A stretch of 60,164 nucleotides of DNA, from assembly GCA_964392975.1 (NCBI GenBank), contig CAYMRU010000002.1:1-60164 (forward strand), in the 5' to 3' direction. The position numbers were made by a program, and so were the translations under genes. Positions 19,401 to 27,400 of this stretch are shown piece by piece. This stretch comes from an uncultured Candidatus Poseidoniales archaeon (GTDB lineage: Archaea; Thermoplasmatota; Poseidoniia; Poseidoniales; Thalassarchaeaceae). Under the pieces are notes generated by a model. The model was not told the DNA's origin. It did no database searches and saw only the letters and a program-made list of their open reading frames with translations. The stretch's first letter is position 1, and each line of letters opens with the position of its first letter.

Positions 19401-20828
19401 GATGGAGGCGCCGATTGGTCATGGACTTGGGACTTCAGCGGCCTGCCTAGAGAAATCTCCACCTACACATTCACGATATGGGCCTCGGATAGTGACTTCT
19501 GCAGCGGGTACGTGGACGAATGCAATCCTGCCGAACTGACATTGACTATAGACAATTCAAACAGCCAACCATTCATCAGTCTAATTTCTCCGTACGAAGG
19601 TCAGAGATTGTCGGTTTCGACCGAGACGGTATTCGAGGGCGTAGCCAGAGACAACGACGGAAAGGTCTCCAGAGTTGACTTTGAGATTATGGATGTAGCC
19701 AACAATTTCCTTTTGGTAATCTCCGACTCGGTAACCGATTTCGCTCCTAACGGTGCTTGGTCCTTAGAGTGGGACTCAACAGTCCTTCTCCACGACAGGC
19801 AGTACCTAGTCAGGTTCAGATCTTACGATGGCTATGATTACAGTGAATGGGCTGAGGTCACAATCATTGCTGACAATCCGCCTGATGCCGGAAACTCTCA
19901 GCCCACATTCGATTCCTCAGGATGGTCCGATGAGATAGTATTGTTCTGCGAGACAAACTCCCAATCACAGGATAGGTGCACTAAAGCTGAAATCGACCTT
20001 CTACAGTTCTTCGATGATATCGACCCGGGGCAAGAACTCCTTTTGTCTGTCTATGACAGCGACGACACAGATGCCGATGACCATCACAGCATCGTCGTCA
20101 ATGTCGGCGCCGATGGCATCGCAGTGTACAATCCTGTCACTATGTTCTTCTATGACACTGACATGTCCACGTGGACTCTGGAGAACGTAGTCTTCGTTGC
20201 CACTGACACTTTCGGTTCAAAAATCAACTCTAACCCGGTCACCATGTCGGTTGAAGGCATCTTATTCACTATCATCGCGCCAGAGGACACGACCATAGGT
20301 GACAATGAGATTGCAGTTTTCACAGGAGTAGGATTGCCCGGAAAGACTGTCACAGTGACGATTGGTGGTAATAACGTCAACAACACAGTGGTCGGAGAGG
20401 ACTCGACATGGTCTCTTGGCATTCCCGCATCAAGGATTGACGGCAGCGCAATCCCTGTATTCAAGTATACCGGGGAGGAGTTCGATAGTACGGTAATTTC
20501 GGTCTCAGGCTCATCAGAAGGAGGGATGGATTTCGGGTCAATACTCCTAATCGCTATTTTGGCGCTTGTCGTACTTGGCGGTCTCGTTTACTTCTTCGTG
20601 GAATTCGAGGTCGAGGAGGACGAGATGCTAGAGGGTACAGCGGAGGCTCATCAGGATGCAGATGAGCCCGAAGACCCCTACGCTTGGGCGAAGGGTATCG
20701 AATCCGATAATGTGGAGGATGAAACTGAACCCGCGTCCAAACTCCAGAAGCACGATGATCACCCGGGGTGGTTGTGGGATCCCGATATCCAAGAGTGGGT
20801 CCCCGATCCAGAGTATCAACAGTCGTGA
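16485..20828 (+). CDS. large secreted right-handed beta-helix (PbH1/NosD-like) surface protein with Ig-like repeats and a C-terminal TM anchor
   Basis: 1447-aa ORF.
- Signal-like N-terminus: FLVFLMLSSLFVALIGPAAPVSADNE.
- Parallel beta-helix repeats: NNEITTGDGAPITVFQGG.., NEMEGAGESSGIAIESSEVTILNNDIG, NNTIHDV.., NNTISTDG.
- Cys/Asp-rich metal-binding-like motif: CSDGIDNDGDLTIDNDDADCD.
- Three or more Ig-like modules: APTVYVTQSDG.., QAPTVSVSSPSP.., SQPFISLISPYEG...
- TM helix ILLIAILALVVLGGLVYFFV and an acidic Trp-containing tail ...HPGWLWDPDIQEWVPDPEYQQS. Confidence 0.85.
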   Translation: MTGVRRARSHFLVFLMLSSLFVALIGPAAPVSADNETTAGTVSGTETWSGVHTLTGDVVISSGAKLIIQPGTTVVFPNGTHLDVRGNLCAGVLACGANSDAGTSQKITFRWSEPANNSSRGECYGMSYGNQQIWVEDASCYEGVLIRNTIDLSQTGLRYITIDGAWGIPYYIPTVFQWRYGALVIDGASPVLNEIEFTNINTTSVLTTNLAQPHFIGGEYVVGTDDSSGVRGSAVQIYSSGTPVTPLILESPSLIGTNVGCSRQAPSRPAVWAQDTFIEITDAEVETGDYGISLRNSAGTVSNSEFDVNCNGIDINSRKAVGNTDYEVNIINNEITTGDGAPITVFQGGLANIIANEMEGAGESSGIAIESSEVTILNNDIGPIGGWNGLWMLGSFDVIAENNTIHDVAREPIRAGEYGSSAPAPSASRILLANNTISTDGTGTCSQTRYDDWDGDFTCPVVHAYRSGVSMYDNTINAAGDADGIRAVGALLNIQRNTFNVAGTGAIMKHYNDGYAGSQQYGTMAFFSHNTWNGVGMTYNVTKSSVTVQSEYIPSPPPDVYPVQLVWSDQEAWPANQFQTSIVPTFVKECHNCADFTPIGFPLSVGDGMGVSSAMDNNSTTFTFANLSNLDRTKIHIETQPTPYAVQVRRAEMVRFQTLVNGERVEDANVLIEDALGNDLYSLYTEDDGYTPWFALPSDFHLDIRGLGGGDNPDGFADDQYEDSCSDGIDNDGDLTIDNDDADCDYLAGTRELSRYYYTAYRFGSGFNRGNFTLTDATMQDTINLVNRAPTVYVTQSDGHSFRKAVNLTGSAHDGNLVGVYATDELAQWDQGGYVHEVQIKDPFTSQWSSAGLAVDTSGMSEGLVTKTNRPFSSWYYEMDMSNREEGDYVFEIRAFDGIEYSPIVYRTVKLNVQAPTVSVSSPSPFSTHSEGSVTFEGTAFDHYGCPVDCSKDLKEMYFHIQGPNFDVTTPADGGADWSWTWDFSGLPREISTYTFTIWASDSDFCSGYVDECNPAELTLTIDNSNSQPFISLISPYEGQRLSVSTETVFEGVARDNDGKVSRVDFEIMDVANNFLLVISDSVTDFAPNGAWSLEWDSTVLLHDRQYLVRFRSYDGYDYSEWAEVTIIADNPPDAGNSQPTFDSSGWSDEIVLFCETNSQSQDRCTKAEIDLLQFFDDIDPGQELLLSVYDSDDTDADDHHSIVVNVGADGIAVYNPVTMFFYDTDMSTWTLENVVFVATDTFGSKINSNPVTMSVEGILFTIIAPEDTTIGDNEIAVFTGVGLPGKTVTVTIGGNNVNNTVVGEDSTWSLGIPASRIDGSAIPVFKYTGEEFDSTVISVSGSSEGGMDFGSILLIAILALVVLGGLVYFFVEFEVEEDEMLEGTAEAHQDADEPEDPYAWAKGIESDNVEDETEPASKLQKHDDHPGWLWDPDIQEWVPDPEYQQS

Positions 20829-20886
20829 TTCATTTAAGGCGCGCCTCTCACGAAACTTCTTGTGTAGATGATTACGCTCGACAAAT

Positions 20887-23415
20887 ATGACAACCATGGC
20901 AGTTACCCGGCCAGGGGTCCAAGAGCGGATTCTGCTTCATCTCAGGGACTATGTCGATCATACTGATAAGGTCGAGGTCCCGTTCGCGCTCTCTCAGATG
21001 GGGATAGCCAATTCGGTTGCCATAGCACGCTCTAATGTACCCCGTGCAATTGCAGGAATGCGCGAACAGGGCCACCTTATCGAGAGGCAGGCCCACGTTT
21101 CTGGAGTTTCTCGCAAACGTAAGGCGTACTTCCTTACTGAAGAAGGAACTAGAATCGCTGATGATATCTGGGCCAAGGTCAGCACTCAGAAGATTAGGAT
21201 GATTCATCCCGATGGTCGCTCGGAGACAATGGAGTTGGGGCAAGCGCTTGAATCCACGGATCTACCACTTAGGCACGTGGACTTCCTCAGATATCTGGAT
21301 GACACAGGCACTGTCGATCTCTCTGCACTTTCTCCAGAACTAATTGAGAGAGACTTGTCCAAGCACATAGAGAAGCAACTTGTGACTTCACTCAATGATC
21401 TCCCTAGGACAAGACGCTTCTTCGGAAGGGATGATGAGTTGGAAAGCATGGTGAACCTGCTTGAAGATCATTCTAGCTCCATTTTGGTGCCCGGCATAGC
21501 CGGAATCGGCAAGACCGCCTTGGCTGGAAAGCTCCTTGAGAGATTTACACATAGGCGCAACCTTCTCTACCACCGCTGTCAGGACTGGGAAGGGTCGAGA
21601 GCATTCTTTGAGGTAACCTCTGAGTGGTTGTCTGCTCTAGGCTACAATGACCTTTCCGATTACCTAGCCGCAACTCCCGTTCCTCAGGCGACGATGGCGG
21701 TGAATCTGATTCTGGAAGGCCTAAAGGGCACTCCCGCACTAATTGTGGTCGACGATCTCCACAAGGTAGGAGACGAGACCCTGATTTCAGCCCTAAGATC
21801 CCTTACCGTCAGGATTCCCGAGTTGGAAGAAGTGGGCTTGGCGATGTTCTCTAGATCATTCAAGATGGTTGTTCCTGAGTCCGACTCGACAGGTCGCATA
21901 GTCACTCTTGTGATGCCTCTAGAAGGATTGGATCAAGATTCCAGCAGACAGATCCTCACTGCCATGCCAAACATCGACATGACTCAGTTCCTGCACATCT
22001 ATACACTCTCTAGGGGTCACCCACTAGTGCTGGAACTGATTAACAGAGGCAATGTCGGAGAGACATTCCACGCAACACTAGAGGCTTTTGTTGAGCAAGA
22101 GATATTCAGCCGATTATCTGGTCCCGAGAAGAGACTTCTCGGAGCTATTGCCGTATTCAGGGAGCCAATGCCGTTGGAGTCAATCAGCGCTTTGGATGCC
22201 GACACCGAACTCCTTGACAGCCTAGTTGAGAAGGGCCTGGCAAGACAGGCAGACAGCAATCATTACGATGTCCACGACTTGGTCCGGGAATTCCTGACCC
22301 GATCAATGCAAGATTCCCTGCGCCAAGAGTTGCACAGCAACGCGAAGGAATGGTACAGGACTCGTAGAGAGACTGCTGCAGACAGGATAGAGTACATCTA
22401 CCACCTTAACGAGTCTAGCAGCACCGAAGATCTGGCCGAGGTACTTTCCTCCGAGGGACACGGTCTCGTGAAGGCCGGCCACACCGAATTACTCGGTATT
22501 CTCAAATCACTTGAGAGAGAAGGCTTCGATGCCAGAAACTGGTGCATAATCAGAGAACTCAGAGGTGATATCCTGTCCATACAGGGGCGCTGGGACGAGG
22601 CCGAGGCCGAGTACGACGCGGCAATCCAGAATGCCCGCAAGAACACCATGGCCGAAGAACTCTCACGATTACTATCTGCCAGAGCCGACATAGCAGTCAA
22701 ACGCGGCGCAATGGATGATGCATTGGAAATGCACCGCAAGGCGCTAGAGATTCAAATCAAGTTGAGGGACTCCGTGGGGGCTGCACGCTCATACAACAAC
22801 ATGGGTTACATCTTCAGGCGTAGGAGAGATACTAGACACGCCTTGGAGGTCTACGCAAATGTCGAGAAACTACTCGATTCTGAGGGCCATCCAGAATTAT
22901 GCGAAGCCCGAATCAGGATGGCGGCTGCTTATCTTGAGATGGGGGAGCTTGACCGAGCCAGAGAACATGCCATAAGAGCATTTGAGGAGACTGAGGAAGG
23001 GGATTCTGACATCTCTCATGCCAGATCCATGGCGGTTCTCGGTAGGTATTACGCCCGCGTCAAAGAGAATGAACTGGCAATGCAGTATTATTCTGCAGCC
23101 CTAGAAATCCTTTCCGATCAGACCGACCCTCACAGTGCAGTTGAGGTCTCGATGTTATTGGGGCAGGTACTGAGCGATGCAGGCCGCAAAGAAGAGGCAT
23201 CGGAGCAGTACATCGATGCGTTGGTCCTCGCCGAGGCAAATGATTTCAGGATGCTACAGGGAGAGATTCTCGCTCGACTAGGAGAAGTCGAGAGCGATCG
23301 TTCACAGAAGATGGATTACCTACAACGTTCACTCTCGGTTTTCAGAGAATTAGGTGCGGTAGATAGGATGAGGGAAGTCCAGAACTCAGTGCACAGAGCT
23401 GTTATGGGAAATTAG
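20887..23415 (+). CDS. wHTH - NB-ARC/STAND P-loop NTPase - TPR protein (putative signal-transducing regulator)
   Basis: 842-aa ORF.
- N-terminal MarR/TrmB-like winged helix: ILLHLRDY...LSQMGIANSVAIARSNVPRAIAGMREQGHLIERQ...RKRKAYFLTEEG.
- Walker A GIAGIGKT at nt 21493-21516.
- Walker B ALIVVDDLHK.
- NB-ARC-like GxPLxL motif in SRGHPLVLELI.
- A C-terminal third of TPR-like helical repeats: ARSYNNMGYIF, AAAYLEMGELDRAREH, LGRYYARVKENELAMQYY. Confidence 0.85.
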   Translation: MTTMAVTRPGVQERILLHLRDYVDHTDKVEVPFALSQMGIANSVAIARSNVPRAIAGMREQGHLIERQAHVSGVSRKRKAYFLTEEGTRIADDIWAKVSTQKIRMIHPDGRSETMELGQALESTDLPLRHVDFLRYLDDTGTVDLSALSPELIERDLSKHIEKQLVTSLNDLPRTRRFFGRDDELESMVNLLEDHSSSILVPGIAGIGKTALAGKLLERFTHRRNLLYHRCQDWEGSRAFFEVTSEWLSALGYNDLSDYLAATPVPQATMAVNLILEGLKGTPALIVVDDLHKVGDETLISALRSLTVRIPELEEVGLAMFSRSFKMVVPESDSTGRIVTLVMPLEGLDQDSSRQILTAMPNIDMTQFLHIYTLSRGHPLVLELINRGNVGETFHATLEAFVEQEIFSRLSGPEKRLLGAIAVFREPMPLESISALDADTELLDSLVEKGLARQADSNHYDVHDLVREFLTRSMQDSLRQELHSNAKEWYRTRRETAADRIEYIYHLNESSSTEDLAEVLSSEGHGLVKAGHTELLGILKSLEREGFDARNWCIIRELRGDILSIQGRWDEAEAEYDAAIQNARKNTMAEELSRLLSARADIAVKRGAMDDALEMHRKALEIQIKLRDSVGAARSYNNMGYIFRRRRDTRHALEVYANVEKLLDSEGHPELCEARIRMAAAYLEMGELDRAREHAIRAFEETEEGDSDISHARSMAVLGRYYARVKENELAMQYYSAALEILSDQTDPHSAVEVSMLLGQVLSDAGRKEEASEQYIDALVLAEANDFRMLQGEILARLGEVESDRSQKMDYLQRSLSVFRELGAVDRMREVQNSVHRAVMGN

Positions 23416-24257
23416 ATTCTGCTGACCACTCTCTCGGACTCTGACTGACCAAGCCAGTTGCTGAATTCAGGACCGCTCTGAAGAGATATCCCTATACTGC
23501 CCGAGAACCTCTCTCCCATAGCCATCAATACCTCGCTTTCAGCAAGATGCGGGGCATTGTTTTTTTCAGAGAGGTGGCACAAGACAACACTCTCTAGTCG
23601 ATTACTCACAATCTCTGAGAGGGCACCCCCAGTCTGCGTGTTAGACAGGTGACCTCCCCTACCTGAGATTCTGCGTTTGAGGGATTCCGGGTACGGGCCA
23701 CTCATCAGCCTGGTATGATCATAATTCGCCTCTATTGAGATATGGCTGCATCCAGAGAGATGTCGTAGCAAATCCACAGTCAACTCCCCTAGGTCAGTAA
23801 CTACTGCTGCCCGACGTCCATCACCATTGCTCGCAATTACGGCAACGTTGTCAGCATCATCATGAGGCACCGGAATGGGTAGCAGACTGATTTCGTCACT
23901 TACTACAATCCTCTCTAATGTTCCAAAGGTTCTGCACTCGGATATTGGTTCCCAGCCCATCCTATTCGCCGTCTCAAGATTGGAGTGAAGAGAAGCCTCC
24001 CAGTTTCTAGCTGCCCTCAGAGCAGATTTTGAGTGATCAGCGTGATGATGTGTAACAAGTATAGCATCAATCATCGAAGGCTCTACATCGACCATTCGCA
24101 GTCTGACCTCCATCTGCTTGAGAGAGAAGCCACAGTCAATTAGGACATTGGTATCTTCAGACCGGAGTAGGGTGGAGTTCCCAGCGCTCCCTGAGCCTAG
24201 ATGAGTGATTTCCATACCCATGGCGAGCGAGACGACGCCGGACCATCCTTGAACCAA
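23412..24257 (-). CDS. metallo-beta-lactamase-fold hydrolase (YycJ/PhnP/RNase-Z-like)
   Basis: Motifs are MEITHLGSGSAGNSTLL...VLIDCG and the HxHxDH motif VTHHHADHSKS, with later His/Asp ligand contexts (VPHDDADN, CHLSEKNN). The likely true start is ATG 24215 (MEITHLGSG). The stop overlaps the convergent STAND gene by 4 nt. Confidence 0.85.
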   Translation of the reverse strand: MVQGWSGVVSLAMGMEITHLGSGSAGNSTLLRSEDTNVLIDCGFSLKQMEVRLRMVDVEPSMIDAILVTHHHADHSKSALRAARNWEASLHSNLETANRMGWEPISECRTFGTLERIVVSDEISLLPIPVPHDDADNVAVIASNGDGRRAAVVTDLGELTVDLLRHLSGCSHISIEANYDHTRLMSGPYPESLKRRISGRGGHLSNTQTGGALSEIVSNRLESVVLCHLSEKNNAPHLAESEVLMAMGERFSGSIGISLQSGPEFSNWLGQSESERVVSRI

Positions 24258-24400
24258 TCCATTACATTAGTGCACTCAGACCTATTTTCGACCCACGACG
24301 GCTACGCCGTCGACCTATGCACCCGCGGGCGTGTCCGAACGACGCTCCATCATCATGATAAGTCATCCAATGGCGCTGAGTTCATCAATCGGGTGAAACC

Positions 24401-27400
24401 ATGCGCCGCAAGCAGACTGCCTTGCTCATCACATTACTGATTCTGAGTAGCATGGCATTCGTATCTCAAACCCGCCCTCAATCTTCAGTGTCGTCTACGG
24501 ACCCAATTACTGCAGATCGAGGAGGTCCACCAGTAACGGATGAGGATAATGATCGCATACCCGATTTGCACGAGTCGATTTTCGGGGATACGAGATATGT
24601 CGAGACCAGCTCAGGAACAATCTCTGTCAAAGGTCTCGACCCGATGAACTCCACAGATAACATGTCTGACCACGACAGGGACGGCGCTAGCGCCCTACTG
24701 GAGTTCTGCTGGCCCTATACGCTGGATACGTGCTTCGACCGTCTCTCTCTAACGGGAAAGCCACCTCAATTCACCGAGTCTGGACTCAGGGAGTATCTTG
24801 ATCCCCGGGTCTCTGATACAGATGGTGATGGCCTACCCGATGGCTATGAGATACACATGTGCACGGAGGGAGGACTGGGATATCAGAACGCGACAAATGC
24901 TTGGCAGTGCCTGTGGTTCGACCCCCTAGACCCATCAGATTCCGTTGAGGATATAGACAGTTGCGAGGACTTCACTTTTGGATGTGGAGATGGTTTCGAT
25001 GTCAACAGAGACGGTTTCATAGACTTCGGCGAGCGTTATACCAATTCAGAGGAGTACCTGTTCGGAACTCCTGATGACTGGATAACTGAGAGAGACGGCT
25101 TGTGGTGCGCAGGTGAGATTCCCGGCCTAACGAAGGACTCATGCCAGGACACAGTAAGTAGGCCGACAGGAAACGACGGTTGGCTAGGTAGTGACCCGAC
25201 TCATCCTGATTCGGATTATTACGCTTGGTCGGAAATTATTGCAGTCGGTCTTGCAGTACCAGGGGACGGCATCCCTGATGGTTGGGAGGTCTACTACGGC
25301 CTCGATCCACGAAACTCGAGCGATGCGATTGTGGACACAGACTTGGATGGTTGGGATCTCGACCGCGATGGATTCATTGTACCTGATATATCAACTGCCA
25401 CTGTCCATTGGGGGGAAGCATTCAGCAATTACGAGGAATATACGATTCATCACGATGATGGCGCTTGGGTAACTCCCGGACTCAGAGGTGGCGAGTTGCA
25501 TTCTGCTGAATCAGGATACTCGACTTTCGACCAAAGCACAACTCCAGGTCTTGTTGATGGGGCGGTCCATTCTGTGATATCAGATTCTTCTAGAGACAGG
25601 CTACTAATCGGATCTAGATATGGTATCACAGTGATGGATCCCTTCGACGGCAGTTCTGCTATTCATGAATTACCTCCCGGTTTGGAGATGTACACAATGG
25701 AGAGATGGTTGCCCGGAGACTTAGATTTCCTTCTCATCGGAACAAATGTCGGATTCCACTTCGTATCGCTCGACAACGGGATTCCCGACATGAGTACTTT
25801 GTCAGATTCTGAATTGGGTCCGATTAATGAAATTGTAGAATTCGATACAGGGAGCGGCAATTTAGATCTGATAATATTCGGCAACTCCTCATCATGGACT
25901 CTGACTATGAGCATCGTCGAAGATACTGCCGAAATATCCGACCCCGTTTTCAACGAGGCGATGAGTATGATACTATCTGATGCAGACGCAGAGGCTCGGG
26001 ATGCTACTCATGTTCCTATGTTTGGCAGAGGTCCCCTACTATTGGTGGGAACCGACGCCGGACTTATTGCGTGGAATACCACCGACGGTTCGACTTCAAT
26101 CGGAGAGCCTTGGTGGGTATTCGACCGTGAGAACTCGGAGGAGTTCGTTCAGCGTGCGGATTTGCTAAACATCTCAAAATCCGCAATCGTGAATTCACTT
26201 GTCAAGGCCGGACCGCTAGATGCCACTGGACAAGTTGAGGAAGTTTCGGGAGTCTGGGTTGGAACTGCGGGCGGACTCCATCTTCTCAATCTGCAACTGC
26301 TAGTTCAGATGCCACATTCTGCCTTCGATACCGAGCAGATGTATAACCTTGAACGGTGGTCGCAAGGTGCGAACGATATCCGTTCAATCCTGCCAATGGA
26401 TGATATGATCTATCTGGGTTCTAGGGACGGAACATGGTGTCTGGAGGGAGGGTACAATGGAATAATCGGACTATGTCTCAATCAGACCCGAATACCCGGA
26501 CTTGCCACCTCCCTGACCTCTCTTGAACACAGCTCTAGCATCTGGATGTTCGTTGGAATTTCACCAGGCAGGTACATGAACATCATGCCAATCGATCCTA
26601 CTTCGGCAGATTCCGATCTCGATGGAATGCCTGACGGATGGGAGTTCATCTACGGATTGGACCCCACAGATCCCTACGATCGCTATCGCGACGCAGACGC
26701 AGACGGGGTCAGCTACTCATCTGCCGATGGATTCACACTGAACAGAGACTGGTCCAATCTGGATGAGTACAGATTCGTATCTATGAGTGAGGGCGGATTC
26801 AACGGCAGCGATCCAAGAGACAAAGACTCCGATGGCGATGGCCTTACTGACGGGGAGGAGTACTGGGGATGGTTCGCAGAGTCGACCAACTTCGACTGCC
26901 ACTATCTCAATGATGATTACATCTGTGATGAAGAAACCGGAGACATGGCCGAACAGGTCCATCTTGAAGGCTGGCTGGGCTCAGGAGCAGGAGGGGGAAC
27001 CGATGGCCCTACCGACCCCACCAATCCAGATACGGATGGAGATGGCATGCCAGATGGCTGGGAGATGGAGCACCGCAGATGGATAGGCGATACATACAAC
27101 GGCGGCAATCTTTGGACACTAGACCCTCGTGATCCTTCTGATAAGGACGAGGATGCTGATGGAGATGGCTTGAGCAACCTTTGCGAGTATTTGTGGTCGA
27201 ATCTGCTAGTGAATGTACTCCGCGAGGGTTTGCCTACTCATGGAGAGACCTCCGAGGCTGCAAAAAACTGGACCGCCACCGACCCGAATAACATCGATTC
27301 AGACGGAGACTCACTTCCAGACGGGTGGGAGGCCCGCTATACCTGCTCGTGGAGCAAGGACAACTCGGGAATCAATCCCCTAAATGGATCAGACTACCTG

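Noticed and set aside
20837-20846. 10-bp GC-rich palindrome aggcgcgcct, 9 nt after the beta-helix gene stop and 40 nt upstream of the wHTH-STAND gene. It is a possible autoregulatory operator.
   Set aside because: It is too short, and it is a single occurrence. It cannot be distinguished from chance without comparative or binding data.
20887-23415. Possibility that the P-loop protein is an Orc1/Cdc6 replication initiator marking an origin
   Set aside because: The domain order is wHTH at the N-terminus, then an NB-ARC-like GxPLxL motif, then a long TPR array. This is STAND-type, not AAA+ followed by a C-terminal winged helix. No ORB-like repeats were seen in the flanking spacers.
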